Of a stretch of 64,000 bases of DNA, positions 24,076 through 36,269 are shown in pieces. A model generated the notes under the pieces. The model did not search any database and was not told where the DNA came from. It saw only the letters and a list, made by a program, of their open reading frames with translations. How positions within the stretch are numbered: position 1 is the first letter of the stretch; each line of letters starts with the position of its first letter. Position numbers and translations under genes: made by a program. This DNA comes from Selaginella moellendorffii (Eukaryota > Plantae > Lycopodiophyta), in assembly GCF_000143415.4 (NCBI RefSeq), contig NW_003314313.1:771430-835429 (forward strand). Reading direction: 5' to 3'.

Positions 24076-24138
24076 CTCTGCTCTCTGACAGAACTAAATA
24101 CCATCCTCGGTGCAAACATAGTCAGTTTCCATCGCTTG

Positions 24139-26077
24139 TTATTGCTGCTACTCAAGTCGATAGAGGCGACGTTTTTGCTACGGGAGTGTAAGCTCGTGGT
24201 TAGGGACACTGTCTGGTGGATCTGTCCCATCTTCCTGGAGGTCAGCTACCTCAGCCAGCAGGGTGGTATGATCATCCTCGAGCTTCTGGTAGTGGGTGTT
24301 GAGTTCTTCATATTTGAATTTGTAGGTGAATTCATGAGCTACTGATGGGGTTGATGGCTGCTTGGAGACGATCTTCCTGATGTCCCAGAGGTCAGTGCGG
24401 ATCTGCTTCATCTCTTCGAGCTGAGTATCCAGCCGGTGGTTTAAAGGCTCATAGAATTCCTTCTTGATCGCTCCCCGGGTGTATATGAAGGAGCCTTGCT
24501 TGAGAAGATGTTGTGCAATGTCGGCTGGTGTTGGGAAGTAGTTTGCTTGCTCGTGGTGCATGCGTTGATTGAGGGCTTCAAACAACTTGCGGGTGCAGTA
24601 GCTTGGGTCCCAAAGTTTATCTTCGTACTCCTTCCTGATCTCGTCATAATCACGGCGTACCTGACTCTATGGCTGAGGCATGGCTGCTGCTCCTGCTCCT
24701 GCTCCGTGATCCTGGTGTTTCTCGCTAGGGTTCGCTGTGTTCTTGGTCCCGGGAGTTGAAATTGCTGGAGGCTGAATCTGCTTCGTTGGATGTGGGTGAT
24801 GTGGTCGGGCCAGATTCTTTGAGGTGATTGGAGATGAGCTTTTCAGTTTGATGGTGGATGAACGGCCCAGATGTGGCACTGAAATTAATTTATCCGTTGG
24901 GAAATTTTTCGCTTGGAATTTTGTTGAAGGGGTGGAATTTTTGTGAATGCTGGTCATGGTATTTGCTGGAGGAGGCATGGTTGTGTGTTCTTCAAGTGAT
25001 TGGTGAAGGTAGTCAATGTTTTCTTTTGTGGAACGTGTCGAGGAGGTCGGGGCGTTGAGAATGTTGTTCTCAGCTGGTGGAGAAATTGAGTTCTGGGCGA
25101 TCAGCTGACATTTTCCTTTGGCGATGTTGATGTGTTTGTGAGAAGTTGTTGGTTTTGGGGCTGATTCGAGTGGATGCGGGCTCTGGGGTGAGTGTGGATG
25201 GTGATGTGAGTTGTCTTCATTGTCGCTGATGATGAGGTGTTCTCGGATCAGCGGTTTGGGAGCTGGATTCACTGGTGTTTTGTGTGTGAGGCGGCGGCGA
25301 AGTGGAGTTGAATTCTTGGAGTGTTTGTTGCTGGAGCTGGTGTTGTTGGAGTGAGTTGAGCCTGATTGTTGAGATGCTGGCTTCGGTTTCTTGCTGGGAG
25401 TTGCTCCTTCTGATTCTGACTGTTCTTCAGAGCTGTCACTTTGTTCTGTGGAGTTTGTTTGGGTTGTCCACGGTTGTTTGTTGGGAAGAGCTTGGTGTAG
25501 AGCGATCAGCAGTGGGAATATTACTGTCCGCATGGTCTTCTTGTTGAGTGTGGCAAGGATGGCATGGTCGAGAAGCTTGAGAAGGAGCTCGTGGAGATGA
25601 TGAGCCACGTTCACACATTTGCCGTCGAGTAGAGCTCCGTAGACTGCTGCTGTGCGCTTGCTGATGGTGTGATCTGTTGGGCGAAGCTCGGGCTTTGAGG
25701 CGATCCATATGTTGCTCCTCGATGTCCTCCCATGTGAGTTCATCGGTAATTTTTCGATTGGCCTTGATGATTTGCTGTGGAACTTCTCTTGAAAATTTGA
25801 GCAGTCCCTTGTTGGAGATTTTGAAAATGGAGGCGATTCTTGCTGGGCTGAGGGTGATCTCGTTGGTGCCATCGGTTATGGTGCTGTTCTTGGGGTTGAA
25901 GGAGGCAGCCAGCTTCCTCGCTAGTTTTTGATCAAGGTGTGTTGAAAAGGCCTTGTGGAGGAGCTCAAATCCATGGTCCTTGAGCCAGGTGGCTATGTCG
26001 TTGTTGGGAAGCCTAGGAATATGGTGTATGACGTATTTGAGGCCCTGGGGTGGATGAGCTGGCATCTTTCTCTTCAT
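24139..26077 (-). pseudogene. Extra 3' ORF of element 2 (frameshifted by a small deletion)
   Basis: ORFs 25436-26077, 24667-25872 and 24178-24585 are paralogous to 6417-8366. Confidence 0.6.
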
Positions 26078-26439
26078 TTTCTGTGGTTGAAGCGCTCACC
26101 CTATTAGGGTTCTTGAAACCTGTAACTGTTGGTTGGCTGATCGTGTGGCACTCGATTGCTGGTGATGAATGGTAGAGATTTGTTGACGGAATTGATGTGG
26201 TTTGATTTGGCTTGATTGCAGATCAATGGTGGATATTGCTGATGAAGTTAACTCAAGTTCAAGTGTTGATATTTGCTCAGGTGGCATTGATCCAACGGTA
26301 GCTTGGGACTTAGAGATTTTTGCTGCTGTTTGTTGCTGAAGTTGGTGGATGAGTTCGTGTTGAGTTGAGTTGAGTTGTGTCGAATTGATTTGAGTTAAAG
26401 TTTGTCTGCTGGGGTGAGTGTCGATTGTTGGTTTTGGGG

Positions 26440-29400
26440 TGTTTGTCGGTTTGGGTCGGAAATTTGCTGAGGTGCTGATGCTGAATCTGTCGATGTGATA
26501 TGGTTGAAGCTTGTTAAGGTTGACGATCTCAGTAAAGTCTTCAGCGAGTGTGCTGACTTTGGCAGTGCTGTTGGGGTATAGTTCAATGATTTTGAAAGGT
26601 CCTTGCCAGTTGGTGTGGAGTTTTCGTCCAAGTTTGCCGATGGGTCCTCGGTACCAGAGAACATGATCGTCGACGCTGTATTTGGGTGTTATGCTGGGAT
26701 GCTTTTCGGTCGTGCCGAGCTTTTCTCTGTTTTTGGATCGCATGAAGTGTCCAGAGGGTGTTGAGTCAGAGTTCATCGAGATGTTCAAGTTGCTGAAGCC
26801 TTTCTTGAACTGCATGTCGGGTGTAGAGATTATACTTGACAGTGACTTGCATGCTTGGGATGATGAATTTGATTGGCGTGATGGCTTCTGTTCCGAAGGT
26901 GAGTTTGAATGGCATCATGTCGGTGGTGACTTTATACGTAGTTTGATAGGCCCAAAGTACATCGAGAAGTTTGTCGTCCCAATCTTTGCCTAAATCGTTG
27001 ATGACTTTTTTGAGGATGGTCTTCAGTGTTTTGTTCATTGCTTCTTCTTGACTGTTGCCTTGAGGATAGTATGGTGTCGACATTTTGTGTCAGATTTTGA
27101 ACTCGGTGGCGAGATGTTCGATTGTTTGGTTGATGAAGTGGGTGCCTCTGTCGGTGACGAGTTTGAGTGGTGTGCCGAAACAAGTGATGATATTTTCGTA
27201 GATGAAGGTTGCTGTTGCTTTCGCTGTGGCATGTCGGAGAGGTATTGCTTCGGCCCACTTGGTAGTGTAATTGGTGGTGACGATGATGTACTGATTTTGT
27301 CGACGGGTGCTGACTTGGGGTCCGACGAAGTCGAGTCCCCATTTCTGAAATGGTGCCATTGGGAATGTTGGGTTGAGTTGTTGAGTCTGAGTTTTCGGCG
27401 GTAATCGGTGTCTTTGACATGTGTCGCAGCGTTTGCAGAATTCTTCAGTGTCATGCCAGAGTGTCAGCCACTAGAGGCCGGCTTGAAGAATCTTCCGAGT
27501 TGTGGTGTCAGCGGCAAAGTGTCCGCTGGAAGGTCCATCGTGAGCTTCCTTGATGATTTGAGTTGTGCTTGGTGGCTTGATGCATCGGCAAAGAATGTTT
27601 TCAATTCCTAGTTTGTAGAGAGTGCCTCCGATGACTGAGTATCGTCGGGTTTTAGCAACAAAAGTCTTCTTTTGGTTAGATGTAGTGTACTGATCTGGAA
27701 CTTTTGCTGAGTTCAGGTAACTGAAGACATTGTCGAGCCAGGTTGCTGGTATTGAAACTCGGAATAGGTTTGAGTCGGGTAAGTCGTCGGTAAGTCTTTC
27801 GGGTTTGTCGCCGGTGGTGATCCGGCTGAGATAATCTGCTTGCTCGTGATTTTTGCCGGGTTTGTGGACGATCTCGAAGTTGTATTCTTGTAGTAAAAGG
27901 AACCATCTTGATATTCAACCAGATAGTATCGGCTTGTTGATGAGGTTAAGGAGTGCCTTGTGGTCGACGAAAATTATGACTTTGGTTGACAGTATGTAGT
28001 GTCGGAACTTCTGAAGTGAGTAGATCATGCCGAGAGCTTCTTTCTCGGTGGTGGTGTAATTTCGTTCAGCTGGGTTGAGTAGTCGGGCTGGCGTAGTAGA
28101 TCGGTTGATCTCGGTTGTCGTGTTGAGTTTGGCTGAGAATTGCACCAGTGGCGACGTTGGAAGTGTCGACATGAATGTGGAACTCTTGTGTCCAGTCGGG
28201 CTTGGCAAGGATCGGTGCTGTTGTTATTTTGAGTCGGAGATTGTCGAATGCTTGTTGCTGTTCGGACGTCCATGTCCATTGGGCATCTTGTTTCAGTCCA
28301 TCGGTGAGTGGTTTGGTGATGTGAGCATACTTGTGGATGAATCGTCGGTGATATCCAACTTTGCCGAGGAAGCACCGAAGTTCTTTCTGATTCTTCGGCG
28401 GTTCAAGTTTGGAGATGATGTCAACTTTGTCCTTGTCGATGAGAATGCCGTCTTTGCAGACAACATGGCCGAGAAGTACTCCAGATTTGACAAAGAAAGC
28501 ACATTTGTCGGGGTTGAGTGCTATGTTGTTCTCCTTTCACTTGTTGAGGCATTTCTCCAGGCATTCAAGATGTAGATCTTCCGAGCTGAAAACGCTGAAT
28601 TTGTCCATGAAGTCTCTCATGAAGTCGGTGAGGTAGTCTCAGAAAGTGTTGGTGACGAGCCTTTGGAAGGTGAATGGGGCATTGCAGAGTCCAAAAGGCA
28701 TTCGTCGATAAGCATAGGCTCCCCATGGACTGATGAATGCTGTCTTGTGCTGATCTTCTTCAGCAATGTGAATTTGGTTGTAGCTAGAGAAACCATCGAG
28801 GAAGGAGTACATCTTGTGTCTGGCAACTGCATCAAGAACTTCGTCGGTAAATGGTATTGGGAAGACATCTTTTTTGGTGGCATCATTGAGCTGTTTATAG
28901 TTGATGCAGATTCGAAGTTTGCCGTTTTTGTTCGGCACAACCACCAGTGGTGAAAGCCATATCGGATTCTGAATTGGGTAGATGTACTTGACTTAGAGAA
29001 GCTTGTCGAGTTTTTCTTTACTTGTTCCATCAAATTTGGATTCATCCGGTAGGCTGCTTGTCTTCTTGGTTTTGAGTCTGGAAGAAGGGTGATGGTGTGA
29101 GGGCTGAGTTTTGGCGAAATTCCCTTAAGGTCTCAATAACTCCAAGTGAACAAGTGTTTCTTCTTTCGGAGAAGATTGATGCCTTTGTCTCAAAAACTTG
29201 CCGAGATGTTAGTGGCAAGTACAATGTAGTGTTCATTGCCGTCGTCGGCGAGGCTGACTTTTTTGAGTTTTTGGTCAGCTGGAATTGACGGAATGTAGGC
29301 GACTTTATTGTGGTTGTTGACTGTGAATGCCGGTGGTGCTTCAAGTTTTGTATCTTGAGTGATTGGATTTTTCAGTGCTGATGTAATTAGGGGTCGTTCT

Positions 29401-31749
29401 CGTTGGAAGTCAACGACGATTCGAAATAGGCCGATCTCGGCCAAAGGTTTGAGATCGGGGTAGGCTTTGAGAATTTGTTGTTCTTCATAGTCGTCAAGGC
29501 CATCTTCGAGATTATATTCTTCCAAGTCAATAGGTCGGTTGTGGCTGGACAACGATTTGGTCACTTTTGTTGACATGGTTGTCGGTCCGTCTGGTCCTCG
29601 AAGGATAAGATTGTCATTGGGCCAATCTTGATAAACTTGGGCAGTTCGGAGCCAAGGTCAACCGAGGAGAATTGAGTATCCATCAGTCTGCTCCGGTAGT
29701 TTGAGGACGACATAGTTGACTGGTATTTCGACGCCTTGAATGGTGGTGTTGACTTTTCGGATGATGCCTTTGGGTTGAACAGATCGGTGGTTGGCCATTC
29801 GGACATTGAAAGGTGCTGGGTGGACTGGGCCGATGTTGAGTTGTTGTACAAGACTTTCTTCAATAATATTAACACTGGAGCCGCTGTCAATTATGGCTCC
29901 TCGAACAAGGTGTTTGTCGAGTCGTAGGTCAATTGTTAGAACATCATTGTCACAATCCCCTGGTTGAATCTTAGTTTGAAATATGTCAACAGTTGTCTGT
30001 GTCGAGTTGAGTGTGGACAAGTCTGTCAAAGTGTTGGTCGGTGCAAATGTCAGATCGGTGAGCTGTTTGGTGAGGTAGGGTGCAATCTTCAGCAGTTGGC
30101 CAATGGTGATCTGAATATTTTGGTTGAGGATAGTCTCTGCTACTTCTTAGATTTTGTTGAAGTTTGCCAAATTGTGTTCTGGTGTCAGTGTCGATGTTGG
30201 ACGATTTGTCTGTCAGTTTTCTCGTATTGAGTCTTGGCATTGTTGTCGAGCTGGTGATGGTTGAGCTTCATTGTCGGAGTCTAAAATCACTAATTCGGGT
30301 GGTTGTAGAGCGAGTTGCCATTGTATCTTGGCGGCTAACTTCTGCTTCTTTTTCCATTCCCGGAGTTTTGTTAGGCTCTCAGGGCCTTTCTCTTCACTAT
30401 CTCCGGAATCTCTGTCCGGTTGTTGTTGTTTTTCTGCTTGAATTTGTGCTCGAGTTTGTACTGCCATGACTTGAGGATCTGAGTCGTCATTGTTGGCATA
30501 AGGTAGTTCGTCGGTCTCGACCATCCTTGTTATTGGTGGTTGCTGCTGGTTCTAATCTTGTTGTCGAGGAGGCGGCGGACCAAGTCTTGGCGGACCGCCT
30601 TGGTTTTGAAGTTGAGGTTGCCATGGTCGATTGTTGTAGTTGCCTTGGTAGCCCTGGTCTTGATAACCTTGGCCTTGGTATCTTCGGTTCTGGTATCTTG
30701 GGTATTGTTGGTATCCTTGGTTGTAGTTGTCGCGGTTTGCTAGGTAGTTCTAGTTCAGCGGGTATTGTCGATCGTTGTAGTTGTTTAGCGAGGTTGATCA
30801 TTCCATTGTCGACTCTGGTGTTGGAAGTTGTTTCTCGGTGGTCTCCAATTTGTCGGAGGTGGTGGCTGGTAATTGTCGAAGTATTGATTGGATATGGTTG
30901 TCAAAACTGTTGTCGGGGATAGTTCGAGACTTGTCGAACTTCTGGAGAATTTCGAAATCTGCAAGTCTTGGCGTCATGACCTTCTTTGGTACAGATCTGG
31001 CATTTGGAGATTTGGAGCTTGCAGTCACTTGCCGGATGTCCTTCGTTCTTGCACTTAGTACACCAAATTCCAGATTGAAATTCTTTGATGTCGGCCTTGG
31101 CTTTTCCATTGAGCTTGTTGATTGTTTTCCTGAGTTTCTGAAGTTTTGACTTGGTGCTCTCTCCGAGTTCATCGTCGGAGTCGTCATTGGAACTACTATC
31201 AGAATCTGAGTTATTTGTGTCATCTACTTGTGCTGTCATTTGTCGAGCTTGAACATCTTGAAGGGCTCTTGTGAGTTCGAGGTAAGTGGCAATGTTGATG
31301 TGTGTTGCCACTTCTCAGAGGGATCGTCGGAGGCCTTGCATGTACCATTGGTAAAGTAATGTTTCGGTGGCACTGTTGCCGCATTTGCTGGCATGTCGAG
31401 TGAAGGTTTGAGTGTAGTCATTGATGGATTGACCAGACTTCTGCTTGAGTTTTTGGATCTTGTGAAGTCGTTGGCTTTGAGTGAGGGAAGACTTGAATCG
31501 GTCTACGAGCTTGAGTGCGAGGTCGTCGAAACTTGTATTTTGAGGAAGCATTTGAGCCCATTCGTTGGCTCTCTTTCGAAGGGTACATCGGAAGTAGTAT
31601 GGAAGTTTGGTTGTCTGGCCATTGATTCGAATTGCTTCTCGGAACTGTTCAACATGTTTCTCGGCATCTTCTGACTTCAGACCATGAAATAGTGGATAGG
31701 AGACGTATCTTCCGACAGGTATGTTGGCAACAGCAGTAGTGACTGCCAT
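26440..31749 (-). pseudogene. gag-pol of element 2, disrupted
   Basis: gag 31315-31749, CCHC 30901-31311, protease 29658-30029, RT 28639-28944, integrase 26766-27359. Confidence 0.93.
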
Positions 31750-33900
31750 TTGCTGTTGGTAGTAATGTCGGTATTGTCAAGGTTGTTTTGTCAGGTTGTC
31801 ACTGTGGAGTCCTAAGGTGATTTGTAGCGTTGGGGTCGACGGCAAAGTTGGTGTAAGAGGAAGGTGGTGAATTGTTGTTGTTTTTTAGTGGACTCTTCTC
31901 TGTTTGTTCTTCTGTGTTGGGACTGTTTTCGGGTGTGTCGTTGACATCATCGTCAGTATCGGGTTGCTTGCTGGTGTTGATTTTTGGAAGATGGTGCTCG
32001 AACTTGTTGTCGACATACTTGTCGGAGTTATGTTGTATTGGTTGTGGTTGTTCTTTTAAATTGTTAAAGAGTTCTTCGAACATATAGTTGTGTGGTGACT
32101 GTGGTTGCTGTGGAAGATTGTTGTCGTCGATGATTGGTTTGTCGATCTCATTGTTGTTGGATGATTGTAGCTGTTCAGCAGTTCGGTGTGAGTTGTTGAC
32201 ATCAAGTGCTTGACTATTGGACGATTCGGGTTGTTCGTCTTTACTGCTGTTGACTGGGTATATCGGAGTGCAACTGTAATTGGTGAAGTTGAGTTGTTGT
32301 CTCGTCGGCATGTTGAAGTTGAAACCATGTTCGAAAGGTCTTGCTGATAGCGGGCTTCAGTAGATGTTGGAAGCAAATGTGGGATATATTGGTGTTGTGA
32401 AGATCGGTCGGTATGGCGAAAAGGGTGCTGATCTGGTGAAGTCTGTGAAGCTGGGCGGGAAACTTGGTCGTTCGTTGTCACTGTAGATGGGGTTGGTGAA
32501 TGTACCTTTGAAGTGGTTGTATGCTGCTTGAAAAATGTTTTGTTGCTCGGGCATAGTCTATGTCAACTGCTCGAATGTTTGGTCGGGCTCAGGCACTTTG
32601 GTGGGTGCCATTGAGGGTGTTGATTCAGGCTCGGGCACTTAAGTGGGTGCTGTCAAGGGTATTGATTCAGGCTCGGGCACTTCGGTGGGTGCCGTCGAGG
32701 GTGCTGCCGGTGGTGTGTCCGGTGGTGTTGTGTAGTTGTTGTATTCTTCGTGGATGTCCGATACTGGTTCGTCGGAGTTAGCTCGCGGTAATAATTCGTG
32801 TCGGATGTAATTCTCTCTCTTGGAGGGTCTAACAACTTGATTCAACTTCTCTTGGTCTTTCTTTCTCTTCGTTTCTAAGTTCTTCAAATCTCTATCTAAA
32901 CGTCGGATAAGTCGTTGTTGGTCTTCTTCCGACTTGCTGGATGTTCTTCGTGGTTTTGGATACATGCATTCTTCTACTGGTTGTCAGTATCAGATTCGTG
33001 TCTGCAGTCAATCATGTAGTTCGGGCTGAACTTCGGGAAGACTGTTGGCGGGCCAATTGTCGATAAAGTTGTTGTGAGCTTGTTCTTTCTTTTCAGTGCA
33101 AATATCAATGGTGGTGCGTGTTGGGTTGGGTTGTGTTCAGCCAAGTTGTGTTGGGTCGAGTGTGCTGGTGCAGTATGCAAACTGGTCTTCCACTTGCTGG
33201 TGCCGAGATGGAGTTTGATGAAGAGTTTTGGATATTCGGGTTTGTCTGGAATGATTTCTTCGATAATGTCGTCGAGTTGTTTGAGTCCGGATTGGGCAAT
33301 GGCGTGATTGGCGAGAGTTGTCGCAGTGAACGTGTTGATTTCGAACCGAGTTCGGATTGTCATTTCAATGTTGAGCTGCTGACTTTGTTGGAGGGGTTGT
33401 CGAAAAATCGGTGGTGTGTTGTGAAGTTGTCCCTCGACAAGTTGTCTGATACCGGGTAACAAAGTGATGGGTTCGTCGTTGGTGTAGGTTTTGAGGATGT
33501 GCTTCAGTATTTAGAGTGGGTGCAGGATTTGGAATTGTGTTGGAACGCTAGGATTGCTGGGTCGACGACAGCACGGAAGATGGGTTCGTTTCGGCAGTGG
33601 TGTCAGTTTGTGTCAAGCGCACTGGTTGATGTCTCGAGCTTGGAGTGGGTGGTCTTGTGCTCGGAGATGGAGTTCACCAATAAAGCTATTGAGGGCATTT
33701 GCTGATGAAGTTGCTGGTAGATTGGAGTTTCTTGTCAAAGAGGGCTGTTGGTGGTCTTTGTTAGTGATTGGACTCGGAGATCTTGAGAGACAGCTTTCAG
33801 ATTCTTCAAAGATCTCCTCTGGGAAGCGTCTGCCTCTACTGCGTTGGGCGGCGACCACTTGGACGCCGTTGATCCAGGTTGGTGGTGGCATTTGCTTGTT

Positions 33901-33970
33901 GAATTTGGGCGAATTGGGTGGCAAATTGGGTAGCGAATTGGGTGGCGAATTGGGTAGCGAATTTTAGCGA
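33901..33970. repeat. 12-bp tandem repeat in the element's 5' leader
   Basis: About five copies of GAATTGGGT(G/A)GC. Confidence 0.75.
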
Positions 33971-34062
33971 GTTGGATAGATTGCTTGATTGTTCTTGCTA
34001 TCTGCGCACAGAGAATGGAGAAAGAACGGAAGAATTTGTGAACCTGAAGGGGAATTCAAAAG

Positions 34063-34074
34063 CCGTGGTTGCCA
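34063..34074 (-). other. Primer binding site of element 2 (possibly tRNA-Arg-like)
   Basis: TGGCAACCACGG lies 2 nt after the 5' LTR. The tRNA identity is an inference. Confidence 0.65.
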
Positions 34075-34076
34075 AA

Positions 34077-34369
34077 TGAAGAGGTGTCGATACTCCTCTT
34101 CACTGGAAATCTATTGTTAGAAAGAAAACAAAAGAGAAAATGGCCCAATCTCCAAGGGCTGAGAAGAAGGACAAGTGAAAGAATGTTGTGAATTGATAAG
34201 AAAATGATGGAATGGAGATAGGGATCCACAATTTGGATTCCCCCCTTTGAAAGGTTAGTGGTTCTAACTGCTAGCATATACTATATGCTATGCATGATTT
34301 AATCTATGGCTCCGATGCAGCCCTAGGTTCAAGGTAGAGTCCCCTGAGCTTGGGTTTTTGGTTGATACA
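34077..34369 (-). repeat. 5' LTR of element 2 (293 bp)
   Basis: About 13 substitutions (nearly all transitions) and 1 indel versus the 3' LTR, counted by eye. Confidence 0.95.
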
Positions 34370-35102
34370 ACGATGGATTCCTCTCCCTTTTCCCAGAGTG
34401 CTAACTTTCACAGCCATTCCATCCAAAGCTTCTCCCACTTTTCTCTCCCAGCCAAATCTGCGAATGCTACCAAAAACCTCGAGTGCTAGCTCACTCTCCA
34501 CGTTTACAATGTACCCGAGCACTAGAACAGTCCACGAGATGACACTGTGCCGGGAGCTTCTATCGAAAACCATGCGTGCTTCCACCATTCTTCCACAGTA
34601 TGTGTACATTTCCACCAGCGAGCTCTCTACATGATCATCTTTGCCACTTCTCTTAGCTCAAGGGTGGATTCTCATGCCTTGTTCCAGAGCTTCCAGCTTG
34701 ATCATCTTCCCACCGATGAGTCTCACTTCTTCTCTGATCGCTAGAGCAGAGCAAGCCTCGATCGCTGCAAAGAATGTCCCGGAATCCGGTCCGCAACCCT
34801 GGCTTTCCATCCATGACAAGCCTTCCAGAGCACGAGATTCTTCGCCATTCTCAAGATGAAAGCGTTCCAGGCCACTACATTGTGGCAAGGCATCCTGTCA
34901 AACACCTCCTCACCTCAACCAAGCTGCCACACCTCCCATACATGCCAATCAAGCTGCAAGAAACGTAGGATCGTGGAGCACCCTTCCCCTCTCTAAATCC
35001 TTGGAGCTCCCGCAGGATTTCAACCCCAAAAGGAGCTCCACTGAGCAACCTGTGCTGTGACCCAGGCATTGTCTCAGTACGGGTCGAAGGGAATGCATCC
35101 AT
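34370..35102 (-). pseudogene. PPR pseudogene, 5' part (interrupted by element 2)
   Basis: Paralog of 15674-16400; reads ...LGKGRGIHR| and then the LTR. Confidence 0.88.
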
Positions 35103-35229
35103 CCATCGAGCGCCAAAAGAATCTTTGTCGAAGAACCCTAAAATTCAGAAGAGCCCTAAAAACTGTCAACTGTCTCTAGCGAAGGACTCGCTTGACATAA
35201 ACGGCTCGCAAAGATACCGCTAGCTCCCA

Positions 35230-35740
35230 CCGATACGATAACACCGTCCGGAGCCTCCACGCTTGCTCGGTACGTGGTAGCGTCGTCGTCTATGTTTGTC
35301 ACTCGCCAGTGGATGATCCTCTTTCCTTTGAGCGAAGAGATCGCGATGGAGAGATTGCTGGAAGCCATGCGTCGTCGTGTGGAACAGATGGTTTCAAGTT
35401 TGCGAAAGTGGAGACGTTTCGTATTTCCTGGCTCAATCCACACAGAAAGTCCGTGAATTCGGGCGCCTTGGCATTGTAGACGAGGCTTGGATTGATGTGG
35501 TCTCCACCGAAGGTGCCGGAGAGCAATGCTGCGTCTTTGATTGGCTCCCCAGAGTTATCAGTGACAAAACCTGTTGCAAACCAAGAGAAAAGAATCGATT
35601 GTTTTCTTCTGGAAAGAACATTGTGTTACCTGTAGTTACGATTGCCGAATTGATAGCGGCTGGACTCCATTCAGGACGGTATCCCTTGAGGAGTGCAACG
35701 ATCTCAGAGTCATGGAGACAAGACATGGAAGTTCATAATA
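35230..35740 (-). pseudogene. Subtilisin-like protease fragment
   Basis: [32 protein letters not shown]; paralog of 16520-17045. Confidence 0.85.
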
Positions 35741-36269
35741 CCATATCGCTTATTGTTTGCCAAAGCGAGGTGGAGTTGCTGTGGGAGCATTATATGTGCC
35801 TGGTGGATCTGCTGGGACGCTGCGGCTGGCTCCAAGCTCGTGGAGAGGATGCCGTTCGAGCCGTGCGTCACGGGCTGGATGACGCGTGCAGGATACATGG
35901 CGACGTGGAGCGGGCGGAGCGCGCCGAGTTTGAGAGTTCTCTTCTGTCTTCGAGGAGGATTACTTCCTTTTGTGGCATCGAGAAATTAGCCAAAGGCATG
36001 GCTACTATTGCTGCTGCTGCTGCTGCTCTGGTAGGCGAGATCTCGATGACCAACAAGACGAGGAGGAGGACGAATTCGCGGCTTGGCCATCAAATGCATC
36101 GCCCAAGTCAGGCAATCAGGCACTGTGCTGTTCGAAGAGCTCTCCAACTTACAGTCAAGAGTTTGAGAGCCGGAGCAGCGCAGACGAGGTAACTCTTCCA
36201 GAGCTCGAGCTCGAGCTTGACATTGCTTGTTTGTGCTGTTCTAGGTGAGAAGGGAGATCTTGAGCTCCC

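Larger units (their letters stand above)
23782..34369 (-). mobile_element. Full-length (10.6 kb) decayed Ty3/gypsy LTR retrotransposon, copy 2, inserted in a PPR gene
   Basis: Both LTRs, a PBS, gag-pol and the extra 3' ORF are present. Flanks are GCAAT (23777-23781) and ACGAT (34370-34374), a decayed GCGAT TSD. Confidence 0.97.

Noticed and set aside
32580-33970. CRISPR-like arrays
   Set aside because: These are short degenerate tandem repeats without unique spacers, inside a plant retrotransposon.
1-34369. Two independent gypsy insertions, or one giant TIR transposon
   Set aside because: The shared host flank and shared inactivating mutations show duplication of one insertion. No transposase or TIR-type TSD is visible.
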